A stretch of 16,218 bases of DNA from Octopus sinensis. Taxonomy: Eukaryota. Both the position numbers and the translations under genes were made by a program. The notes under the pieces are model-generated. The model saw only the letters and a program-made list of their open reading frames with translations. It made no database searches and was not told the DNA's origin. How positions within the stretch are numbered: the first letter of the stretch is position 1; every line of letters starts with the position of its first letter. The DNA is taken from contig NW_021825224.1 in assembly GCF_006345805.1 (NCBI RefSeq), positions 1-16,218 on the forward strand. Reading direction: 5' to 3'. Positions 1-9,524 of the stretch are shown here, piece by piece.

Positions 1-60
1 ATAATGTGCAAATGAGTGAATAAAGCATAAGTAATCAACGATCAAATGCAAACTGATTAA

Positions 61-331
61 TAACAACAACAACAACAACAACAACAATAATAATAATAAT
101 GAATGGTGATGATAATAACCCTTTCTACAATAGTCACAAGGTCTGAAATTTGGAGGGAGGAGTCCAGTCGATTAGATCGACTCCAGTATGCAACTCGTAC
201 TTAGTTTATCGACTCCGAAAGGCTGAAAGGCAAAGTCGACTTTGGGCGGAATTTGAACTCAGAGCGTAGCGACGGGCGAAATACCGCTAAGCATTCGTCC
301 AGCGTGCTAACCATTCTGCCAGCTCACCACC
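61..331 (-). mobile_element. tRNA-derived SINE, family B, near full length with (TTA/TTG)n tail
   Basis: The minus strand begins GGTGGTGAGCTGGCAGAATGG, with A box TGGCAGAATGG (311-321) and B box GAGTTCAAATTCC (248-260). The body GCCTTTCAGCCTTTCGGAGTCGATAAACTAAGTAC is homologous to the copies at 13814-14229 and 11657-11774. Trinucleotide tail at 61-118. Confidence 0.85.
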
Positions 332-360
332 TTAATAATAGTAATAATAATGATGATGAT

Positions 361-482
361 ATATCTAGGAGTCTACAAAGAATTTGAGATGAACTGACCC
401 GTTTTACCATTTTTTCGTTTTCTGTGGTAAAAATGGTAAAACAGGTCAGTTCATCTCTAATTCTTTGTAAACTCCTAAATAT
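361..482. repeat. Long inverted repeat (54-bp arms, 14-nt spacer)
   Basis: 361-414 pairs with 429-482 with 4 mismatches (365, 373, 385, 400). A (TA)n tract starts immediately downstream. Confidence 0.9.
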
Positions 483-527
483 CTCCTGTATATGTATATA
501 TATAGATATATATATATATATATATAT

Positions 528-843
528 ATTGATTATGATTGATTGATTGATTCCAGTTTCAGATTATGAGCTGTGGCCATGCTGGGGCACCGCCATTTGG
601 TGTTGCTACTGGTTTCACTTCATGGAGGCCTTCTAGCAACTGCTATTGGTGCATGATGAGAGTTCGATGCAGCTGCCCTCATCTGCCCCTCCTGCCGTGA
701 AGTTGGTTCATCTGGGACACCTGACAGGAAGAGATCCAGCTCCATTTTAAAGATCTGTATCCACCCCATGCAGGTCTCTCAGGTTCATCGGGAGGATATT
801 GAAGAGCTGTGGCCTCGGAAGCCAGGCTATCACAGAATCTTGT

Positions 844-845
<2 letters not shown>
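528..845 (-). mobile_element. 5'-truncated CR1/L2-group LINE 3' end (decayed ORF2 C-terminus, 3' UTR, (AATC)n tail)
   Basis: Minus-strand translation with frameshifts gives TRFCDSL/FRG/PQLFNILPMNLRDLHGVDTD/FKMELDLFLSGVPDEP, resembling the R..P.LFN.LP..LR....FK..LD.FL C-terminal pattern of CR1/L2-group ORF2. The segment ends in (AATC)n at about 528-552. Confidence 0.8.
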
Positions 846-885
<40 letters not shown>

Positions 886-890
<5 letters not shown>

Positions 891-1948
891 CGGGACCTCC
901 GAAAGTTGCTACGGAATCCCACCTGCCGTCGCTCGAACTCGAACCCGGGATCCCAACAAGTCGAGCGACGACGATTGACCAGGCTCGATCGATCGCCGAA
1001 TATTCGCCACGGAACTCAGAGAGGAGAGAGAGATAACAACAACAACAACAACAGCAGCAGCAGGAAGAGACACAGAGGCAATCGGCTTACATTTAACCTA
1101 CTAGTTTATATGACTATTTCAACATCAAATACATTTAAAGATACATCAGATATATCAAAGAAGGAAACAACAGATCAAAGCATTTAAACAGTATGCAGAT
1201 GCAATATACACGTCGACTCAAACCATCAATGCATTATACAATGTTCATAGACAAATAAGTTCACGTTACAAATCAATGTTCAATTAACGTACACATTAAC
1301 GATACAGTTCATAGTTCTTTTCTTGTCTTTTTCCTTCTTTTTCTTCTTTCTCTTTTTTTGTAACACGTATCAATACAATTCAACAACACATCAATAAGTC
1401 CTTTACTCACTTCTGTAACAGTTCGTTATAGTCTCTTTACATAATTCACATATCAACATACAATTAAACACATACCGTACAACCGCCAATGCCTCACACT
1501 GTAGTCCATCTCTATTAGCTGTTTAATCCTATGTGTATATCCTCCTCAACCCCTCATCCTCTCACTGTCTTCTGTCGTTCTCAACACCGTCCTGTCACTG
1601 TCTCGCCTGTCATCTCTCATGACTGTGTGTCTGTCACTCTCTGCGCTTCCCTCTGGCATGTTACTACCCCAATCTCTCGGATGGAACTGTCCACTGCCTT
1701 TTCATCTCTCACAGCAGAAACAACTTGCTCTGTCCTCGACTTCCGGCCGACTGTGTTTACAGCTCAAATTTCCTCCGTTTTAAGGGGTGTTTACAACGAA
1801 CTTTCCCTGACCGGCACAAGGCCAAAGGTCCCCTAAAAGCTCATTACTCTTTCTAAAACAAAGGACTATAACCTTGTATTGTAGACTTTCAGTCTCCAAG
1901 CCAAGCAAAGTAGGTCAAGAAGTACCGTGAACTGAACTATTCACAACA
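886..1948 (-). mobile_element. Probable solo LTR (about 1.06 kb) inserted into a (TA)n tract
   Basis: Complex sequence sharply bounded by (TA)n on both sides. Minus-strand termini are TGTTGTG...CGTAATA, one change from the canonical TG...CA (CGTAACA). No recognisable coding motif. Confidence 0.5.
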
Positions 1949-1964
1949 ATATATATATATATAC

Positions 1965-2287
1965 ACCAAATATGACCTTTTTTGAACTTATAATTTTCTG
2001 TGTATATATAAAGATACTTCTAAACAAACATGATTTTTAATGAAATCCTAATATTTTTTATGAACTTTTTAATATTTTCTCAAGATTTTTCCTTGTAAAC
2101 TATTTTTAACATTTTATTATTATTATGAAAGAAAGTATTTATGTATTGTAATATTTTGTGACAACCAGTACTTAGCACAACAAAGCTTTTACAAAGCTTT
2201 TACATTTTACTTTTGACAATCTTTTTCTAAAAAAGTGAAACCGGTCAAGTGAATAAGCATCTTTTAAAATTGCATTTTCAAACCTTC

Positions 2288-2292
<5 letters not shown>
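1965..2292 (+). mobile_element. Penelope-like pLTR/3' end relic between (TA)n tracts
   Basis: T-rich segment containing a decayed minimal hammerhead motif (2206-2253), flanked by (TA)n. Confidence 0.5.
2206..2253 (+). ncRNA. Decayed minimal type-I hammerhead ribozyme motif
   Basis: Stem I TTTACTT (2206-2212)/AAGTGAA (2247-2253). Core TTGACAA is two transitions from CTGACGA. Stem II lies within CTTTTTCTAAAAAAG, followed by GAAA, palindromic stem III ACCGGT and cleavage triplet GTC. Confidence 0.55.
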
Positions 2293-2320
<28 letters not shown>

Positions 2321-2321
2321 C

Positions 2322-2529
2322 TTATTTAAAGCAGCAGAAAATTCAACAAAACCTGTTACTCTGAGTTTCACGTTCCCGTTCGTCGGACAGTTTTTGCTAC
2401 GAACGGGAACGTGAAACTCAGAGTAACAGGTTTGTTGAATTTTCTGCTGCTTTTAAATAAAGCATATTACTCTACCCCTGGTATTTGAGTACTCTTTTTC
2501 CACCTGTTTCACATTTATGTGTTTACTCC

Positions 2530-2530
<1 letters not shown>
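2322..2530. mobile_element. Inverted (palindromic) Penelope-like pLTR fragment within (TA)n
   Basis: Arms 2322-2383 and 2399-2460 are reverse complements except for two homopolymer indels, with a 15-nt spacer. The arms carry a hammerhead motif. A unique extension runs to 2530 and is followed by (TA)n. Confidence 0.7.
2353..2390 (-). ncRNA. Minimal type-I hammerhead ribozyme motif, U4C core variant
   Basis: The minus strand reads CTGT-CCGACGA-ACG(GGAA)CGT-GAA-ACTC(A)GAGT-A-ACAG. Stem I is CTGT/ACAG, stem II is 3 bp plus a tetraloop, stem III is near-palindromic, and the cleavage triplet is GUA. Confidence 0.7.
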
Positions 2531-2585
<55 letters not shown>

Positions 2586-2729
2586 CGCACACACACACAT
2601 ATATTTACATCCTTGGCAGCTCGTAAACTTGTTCTTATTTAAGAATTTTGTTTGCATTAGTGCATTAGCAATTTCGCTTAAAACTGCACTCTCTTAGCTA
2701 GCACTCAATGTATGTGTGTATGTGTCGCT

Positions 2730-2998
2730 CTGTGTGTGTGTGTGTATGTGTGTGTGTGTGTGTTTATCCCCGGGTTGATAACCGGTGTTGATTTGTTTAC
2801 GTCTCTGTAACTTGGGGTTTCGGTAAAAGAGACCGATTGAATAAGCACCAGACTTAAAAAGAAAAACAACCAAAAAACCCCAAAACAAAGAATCGTAGAA
2901 ATATACTGGGGTCGATTTGTTCGACTAAACCCTTCAAGGCGGTGCTCCAGCATGGCCGCAGTCCAATGGTTGAAATATGTAAAGATAAAATATAAAAG
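2730..2998 (+). mobile_element. SINE family A, 3' half (diverged)
   Basis: (TG)n followed by the body ...CTGGGGTCGATTTGTTCGACT... and the tail AAGGCGGTGCTCCAGCATGGCCGCAGTC, homologous to 11980-12203. Confidence 0.85.
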
Positions 2999-3270
2999 AA
3001 ATATTGACACCTAGGTGCAGGCGTGGCTGTGTAGTAAGAAATTTGCTTCCTCGTCGCATGGTTCCGGGTTCAGTCCCACTGTGTGGCACCTTGGGCAAGT
3101 GTTTTCTGCTATAGCCTCGGGCTGACCAAAGCGTTGCAAAGGGATTTGGTGGGTGGAAACTGAAAGAATCCCGTCCTGTATATATATTGGTGGGTTGTTT
3201 TTTGCCAAATAAATACACGCACTATATATTCGTTCTTCACACGTTTATTACTGTTTTAACTCATGTCCAT

Positions 3271-3315
3271 TGTCCGGAAATCTTTCGTCACACATCTGTG
3301 ACCTCTTCAGCGACA
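3271..3315 (-). ncRNA. Minimal hammerhead-like motif in a Penelope-like fragment nested in SINE A
   Basis: The minus strand reads TGTCG-CTGAAGA-G-GTCACA(GATG)TGTGAC-GAAA-GATTT-C-CGGACA. CTGAAGA and GAAA are canonical, stem II is 6 bp, and stem I needs one bulge. AATAAA lies 21 nt downstream (3244-3249). Confidence 0.6.
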
Positions 3316-3390
3316 CTTTCCGTCCTCGTGTGTGCTCCCGCTTAGCTTATTCCATTCTATTCTTTTGTGATGTGCATCCTTATAGGATAT

Positions 3391-3730
3391 GTAGAAGTAT
3401 GTGCGTGCGTTCGTGTGTGTGTGTGCATGCGTTTTTCCCCACCATCGCTCGACAACCGGTGTTGGTGTGTTTATGTCCCTGTAGTGGAAGTGTGTGCGTG
3501 CGTTCGTGTGTGTGCGTGGGTGTGCATGCGTTTTCTCCCACCATCGCTCGACAACCGGTGTTGGTGTGTTTATGTCCCTGTAACTTAACAGTTTGGCAAC
3601 TGGTGTTGGTGTGTTTATGTCCCTGTAGTGGAAGTGTGTGCGTGCGTTCGTGTGTGTATGTGTGTGTGTGTGCATGCGTTTTCTCCCACCATCGCTCGAC
3701 AACCGGTGTTGGTGTGTTTACGTCGCTGTA
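3391..3730 (+). repeat. Tandem repeat of about 90-100-bp units (3 copies plus a partial) derived from the SINE A body
   Basis: The unit GAAGTGTGTGCGTGCGTTCG(TG)nCATGCGTTTT..CCCACCATCGCTCGACAACCGGTGTTGGTGTGTTTA starts near 3391, 3481 and 3625. Confidence 0.9.
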
Positions 3731-4194
3731 ACTTAGCAGTTCGGCAAAAGACATCGGTAGAATAATTAGAATAATTACCAGGTTTACAAAAAAAAAAGAT
3801 TAAAAAAAATTTAATAAATATTGAGTAATGGTGGTGGTTGGTCGATTCATTCGACTAAAATTTCTTCAAGACATTGCCCAAGCATGGCCGAAGTCTAATG
3901 ACCGAAACAAGTACAATGATAAAAGAAAGAAACTCCATTTATAGACTAGCTTTAAGCTAACTAGAAACCTACAACCGCTCCACTCGTGACTCACAGTCTG
4001 ATGTCGTCTGCCAGCGGCAAAGCGTCTTGGTTACTTTCAACTATTTCTTTCGGAAAACGAAGACTACACTTTACCTTACATATTTCTTTGTGCTTTAATG
4101 TAATTAATGCTTTAATGTTTCGTTGCTGTTATTTATGCAGGCTTTGATTAAAATTCAAACATACGCTCATTCACGCACGCATGCGCACACTCTT

Positions 4195-4587
4195 ACATAC
4201 ATAAATAAGTACGTACATATATACATACATGCGTGCATGCACACGCATAAATATACATGTATATGCACACACACACACACACATACTTAAATGTATAATA
4301 TATATATATTTCCGCATTTATTTAAATGTATACATACACACATATATGTACACACATCTATACACACATATACATAAATATATAATATGTATATCGGCAT
4401 TTATAAAAATGTATACACACATACACATATATGTACACACATCTATACACACGCTATACATAAATGTATAATATATATATATCTGCATTTAAATGTATAC
4501 ATACACACATATATATACACACATCTATATACACACACATATGTACACACATATACATAAATGTATAATATATATATATATATATAT
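4195..4587. repeat. AC/AT low-complexity tract with about 90-bp higher-order periodicity
   Basis: The motif TAAATRTATAATATRTATAT..GCATTTA..AAATGTATACA recurs near 4288, 4375 and 4461, with a partial copy at 4558. A related copy lies near 5180-5260. Confidence 0.7.
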
Positions 4588-4888
4588 TTGTATCGTTTTT
4601 ACGTCTTGTTTGTGTCACATTTTGATCTTCCTTGTTTTAACCCTCCGCGAAGTAATTTCCTTTAATTTCTTCGCAGGATCGCAGGAAGGACTAGTTCGAC
4701 GAGTCGTTCTGTCCTCACCTTCGAACACGCTGGAGTTGAACTAGGGACCGCTGATGAGGGGATTTTTCCTTGTGTAGTTTTGTCTAGTACTCTGTTTTTT
4801 CTTTGTAAAAAAAGGTTCGTTCCATGCTTGTTTTTTACGTTTTCGTTCTCGTTGAGTTCTACGTCTATTTGTGGTGTCCTGTACTCCG
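4588..4888. mobile_element. Unclassified 300-bp insertion in (TA)n
   Basis: Complex sequence bounded by (TA)n, with an internal hairpin GCGAAGTAATT...AATTTCTTCGC (about 4647-4673). It ends TACTCCG(TA)n, like the element ending at 2530. Confidence 0.4.
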
Positions 4889-5064
4889 TATATATATTTA
4901 TATATGCATGTATATATACATGTAGATTTAGGTACGTACATATATGTATGTATGTATGCATATATTTTATTTTATTACACTATTGTATGACTGAGCGCCT
5001 TTGCGTCGATTCGATTCGATTCGTTCCGTTTCGTTTCGTTTCTTCTTCTTCACCCAGTACAGTT

Positions 5065-5065
5065 T

Positions 5066-5155
<90 letters not shown>

Positions 5156-5285
5156 TTTATAGATATATATTTATATATATTTATATATCTGCATTTATAT
5201 AAATGTATACACACACACACACGCATATATGTACCCACATCTATACACACACAAATATGCATATCTACACATGTATATATACACA

Positions 5286-5332
<47 letters not shown>

Positions 5333-5380
5333 GCACACACATACATAAATGTACATATATGCAAATATATATACACATTA
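5065..5380. repeat. Compound microsatellite (TA)n/(TG)n/(CT)n/(CA)n
   Basis: Read directly from the sequence. Confidence 0.95.
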
Positions 5381-5487
5381 TTTCTACTGGTGGAGGGATC
5401 TGGTAATGTCACCTTTATTGCACTCCGTCAGCAATCTTTTGTAATATATATTCAGCCAAAGATTTATTTCCAGCTCGATGTATAAGG

Positions 5488-5685
5488 TATTGTTGTTGTT
5501 GTTCTTGCTGTTTAGTCCAACATCAAAAAGCCTTCCAATCTCGACCATCACATCGTTTGCCTAAATGAAGCAAAAACCAAGACGATATTCGCTAACATTA
5601 CTTTTTCTAAGACGGTAGGGTGAAATCTACAAGAGGTTTGCCTGTTATTTCTTGCTGGGCAAATGGCAACATAGAAGCTCTCTTA
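5488..5685 (-). mobile_element. Possible old retroposon fragment with (AAC)n tail
   Basis: A complex segment that on the minus strand ends in ...CTAAACAGCAAGAACAACAACAAC. It resembles, from recollection only, a common octopus interspersed repeat. There is no second copy in the window. Confidence 0.3.
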
Positions 5686-5896
5686 AAAGCGCTTGAAGCA
5701 TTGAGCGAAAACTTAAAACCACGTTATCTCATTTATTAGGAAACCATGAAACTTCCAGTGGATCACGTTGCACCAGTTGAACACACATGCGCATTTGAAA
5801 AGACTGCACTTCACTTTTTCTTTTCTTTTTTTTTTCAGCTTGCACTCATGTATCGAGGATAAAATATACCAAAGAAAAAAGTGGGGAAGTGAAGAA

Positions 5897-6345
5897 ACAC
5901 ACACGCACACACACACACACACACGCAACACACACACACACACGCACACACACACATGTATGTATATTATATTCAGAATTCATTTCTTTTTAACAATCGT
6001 GACTGTTTTCACACAAAAACGCTCACCCACAGAGGGGTGGTTTGTGGTGAGTGTATATATATATATATGTATGTAGGTATATGTAATGTATGTATCTACT
6101 ATATATTACACACAAATATATGTATATATATATATATGTAGATAATATATGTATATATATATGTATATATATGTATATATATATAGATATATATATATTA
6201 TATATATGTATATATATGTATATATATATGTATATATGTAACATACATATATATTCATAAATATATATGCATATATATATATATGCATGTATACATGTGT
6301 GTGCGAGCGTGCACGCGTGGTGTGTGTATACATGCATGTATACAA

Positions 6346-6376
<31 letters not shown>

Positions 6377-6468
6377 TATACACGCACATACATACAGATG
6401 CAACAATAGTAGATGTTGATATTAGAGCTGCAAGCATTTTTTTATACAGATGCATGCCCACTTACACA

Positions 6469-6526
<58 letters not shown>

Positions 6527-7038
6527 AACACACACAGAGCCAGCACATACATACACATGTATAAAAAGTTGCGCTCTTGTAACTGTAACATTGTGTTTGT
6601 AATTATGTATTTATATATTTACACACACACACACACAAACGCACACACAGACTCACACACACCACACACAGATACATAGACACACACACACGCATACACA
6701 CGCGCAGATCTTTGTGTGTGTGTGTATGTGTGTGTGTAGGGGGGATATGTGTGATATCTTAAGTATAATGAAGAATAAGTAAAAAATCTGATTATGCTTT
6801 TAGCTATTGTTAAGAATATATAGAAAAGAAAAACCTCCATTAAGATGAAATGAAAGATAAAAACAAAAACCCCACAAAAATACGAACGGGACAAACAAAT
6901 AAATGTTATAATATGAATCTAATGAGATAAACAGATGGATAGAGAAATTGCAAACAAACAAAAAAAAAACGAGGCTGCTGTTATTGTGGATCATAGCGTT
7001 AATGTTGGTGGGTGTTGGTGAGGGTGTATGGAAGTAAG

Positions 7039-7124
<86 letters not shown>

Positions 7125-7180
7125 TATATATACATATATATACATACATACATACATACATATATATATATATATACACT

Positions 7181-7224
<44 letters not shown>

Positions 7225-7720
7225 CACACCACACACACACACCCACAACACATATATATACTAAATTTGTATGCGTCTCTGTATGTAGATTTATGTATAT
7301 ATATATATATATGTATGTGTATATATATATATCTATATATATATATATATATATATATATCTATATATATATATATGTGTATATATGTATATATATTTGT
7401 ATATATTATATATATTATATATAATATATATATACATATATGCATATGTGTATTTATATATGTGTGTATATATGTGAGTGTGTGTGTGGTGTGTGTGTGT
7501 GTGTGCGTGTATACATACAGAAGTATGTGCATCTTTCTCTGTCCTCTCTATTACGAAAATCCCCCTCCCACTCACACTTATGTATGAATATATAATGTAC
7601 AGTGTGTGTTACGCGCGTGTGTAATATATACATATATTACTTATATGTATATGTATATATGTACATGTATATATGTATATGTATGTATGTATATATATAT
7701 ATATTGTATGTATATATTTG

Positions 7721-7760
<40 letters not shown>

Positions 7761-7797
7761 TACACACACACATATCTATGTGTGTATATATGTGTGT

Positions 7798-7841
<44 letters not shown>
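5897..7841. repeat. About 2-kb field of (CA)n, (TA)n and (TATG)n microsatellites with short AT-rich spacers
   Basis: Read directly from the sequence. It is the source of the many YIYI/THTH ORFs. Confidence 0.95.
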
Positions 7842-7842
<1 letters not shown>

Positions 7843-7954
7843 GAAGAATAAAATCAAAACAATATATAAAAACTCAAAAAAGAACAACACAGAGCTGGAA
7901 TAAATTCGCCACTCACCGTTATTAGATACTTTTGAGAGAAGGGAGGGAGTTGGG

Positions 7955-7995
7955 TGGTTACAACGTTTCGGTCATTGGCCTTCTTCGAAAAGAGG
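7955..7995 (-). ncRNA. Degenerate hammerhead-like motif
   Basis: The minus strand reads TCGAAGA-AGGCCAATGACC-GAAACGTT. GAAA and palindromic ACGT+H are present, but the core is altered at positions 3-4 and stem I is not convincing. Confidence 0.35.
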
Positions 7996-8149
7996 AAATA
8001 GAAAAAGAAAGACCAGTAAAAACTGGGAAAATGATGAAGAGAAAGGAAAAAAAAAAGGGGAGACAAATGTGTTCCAGCTTCAGAAATGACGTAGTGTTTA
8101 GTCGACTTGTTTGGTCGCTGTCTGACTGAAAATATGGAATCGGCTATAT

Positions 8150-8554
8150 TCTTTTCCTTTCTTATACTTGTTTCAGTCATTTGACTGCGGCCATGCCGGA
8201 GCACCGCCTTTTAGTCGAGCAAATCGACCCCGGGACTTATTCTTTTTTTTAAGCCCAGTACTTATTCTATCGGTCTCTTTTGCCGAACCACTAAGTGACG
8301 GGGGACGTAAACACACCAGCATCGGTTGTCAAGCAATGCTTGTGGGACAAACACAGACATACACACACGCATATATATATGTACATATATACGACAGGCT
8401 TCTTTCAGTTTCCGTCTACCAAATCCACTCACAAGGCATTGGTCGGCCCGGGGCTATAGTAGAAGACACTTGCCCAAGATGCCACGCAGTGGGACTGAAC
8501 CCGGAACCATGTGCTTGGTTAGCAAGCTACTTACCACACAGCCACTCCTGCGCC
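8150..8554 (-). mobile_element. SINE family A, full length (tRNA head, CORE-like segment, internal TA/TG microsatellite, LINE-like tail)
   Basis: The minus strand starts GGCGCAGGAGTGGCTGTGTGGTAAG (A box) and has B box GGTTCAGTCCC (8491-8501), TCTTGGGCAAGTGTCTT and tail GGCGGTGCTCCGGCATGGCCGCAGTCAAATGACTGAAAC. It is collinear with 11783-12203. Confidence 0.9.
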
Positions 8555-8643
8555 TATATGAGGTGATTTTTTTTTTATTAGAGGGGCGAACGGATGCGTG
8601 AATCTGTGAATCTGTGTACGTGTTGTTATGTATGTGCTTATGT

Positions 8644-9304
8644 ACAGTCGAACCAATTCTACTATATGGTCAGAAACCTGGACGTTATCAAAGAAGCTTG
8701 AGAGGCGGTTGGATGGAACCTACACTCGCCTCCTTATGAGAGCTCAAAATCTCTCGTGGAAGCGCCATCCAGCCAAAATGCAAATATATGGGAAACTACC
8801 ACCTGTGTCATCTCTTGTGAAAGGTAGGAGAGTCCAGTTTGCTGGACATTGTTGTAGAGCTGAAAAGGAGGCAATTTCTACTCTTCTCCTCTGGAAGCCA
8901 TCTACTCGCAATACCAGAGGGCGCACACTCTTTGAGAGGCAGTTGGATGGAACCTACACTCGCCTCCTTATGAGAGCTCAAAATCTCTCGTGGAAGCGTC
9001 ATCCAACCAAAATGCAAATATATGGGAAACTACCACCTGTGTCATCCCTTGTGAAAGGTAGGAGAGTCCAGTTTGCTGGACATTGTTGTAGAGCTGAAAA
9101 GGAGGCAATTTCTACTCTTCTCCTCTGGAAGCCATCTACTCGCGATACCAGAGGGCACACACTCTCCTACCCTGATGTAATCTCCAGGGATACAGGCATC
9201 CAGCAACAGGACCTCCATAATGCCATGATGGACCGTGAAGTCTGGCGTAGCATGGTAAATTCCATTGTCTCGACAACGGTCGAACAATGATGATGATGAT
9301 GATG
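8644..9304 (+). mobile_element. 5'-truncated RTE-clade LINE 3' end with a 234-bp internal tandem duplication and (TGA)n tail
   Basis: Translation gives TVEPILLYG/SETWTLSKKLERRLDGTYTRLLMRAQNLSWKRH...RRVQFAGHCCR...AMMDREVWR, the post-RT C-terminal region of RTE-group ORFs (LLYGSETW, F.GH..R, DR..WR). The stop codon runs straight into (TGA)n. Confidence 0.9.
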
Positions 9305-9524
9305 TAGGTGTTATATGTACATGTTCGGTGGTGTGTGTGTGTTTGCTTATGTGTGAGTGCCTGCGTGCATCTATATGTGTGTGTAAAGACAGAAATAGTC
9401 CTCATTGTTATACTTATTATATATCTGTGCTGTTTGCCGATTGCGGAATTGGTAGCAGTTGGTTCCGGTGTGAGTGGTTATCTACATGTACGAGTGGTTG
9501 CATGTGCAAGTATGTTTGTGGAGA

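Larger units (their letters stand above)
3014..3930 (+). mobile_element. SINE family A, interrupted by an insertion and internally amplified
   Basis: The head (3014-3186) has A-box-like TGGCTGTGTAG, B box GGTTCAGTCC and ACCTTGGGCAAGTG. Foreign sequence occupies about 3187-3390 and a triplicated body segment 3391-3730. The diverged tail CAAGCATGGCCGAAGTCTAATGACCGAAAC extends to about 3930. Confidence 0.8.

Noticed and set aside
768-1836. ORFs 768-1187, 809-1036 and 1531-1836
   Set aside because: They cross element boundaries and microsatellites, or show no recognisable protein motif.
3391-3730. Repeat-spacer-like pattern suggestive of a CRISPR array
   Set aside because: The intervening sequences are themselves repeated and SINE-derived, the context is eukaryotic, and there are no cas genes.
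4745-4780. Hammerhead at CTGATGAGGGGATTTTTCCT
   Set aside because: No GAAA follows the putative stem II, and no convincing permuted fold was found.
5065-7890. Numerous overlapping [12 protein letters not shown] ORFs (also at 14709-16016)
   Set aside because: They are microsatellite translations that lack stop codons by composition.
8168-8601. ORFs such as MFQSFDCGHAGAPP... and ...CPRCHAVGLNPEPC, recurring at 2705-3218, 11565-12016 and 13079-13777
   Set aside because: They are antisense translations of SINE A. Any database hits would likely be mis-annotated repeats.
8628-9290. 220-aa ORF as a functional gene
   Set aside because: The ATG lies in flanking sequence, the ORF lacks the RT and endonuclease domains, and its length comes from the tandem duplication.
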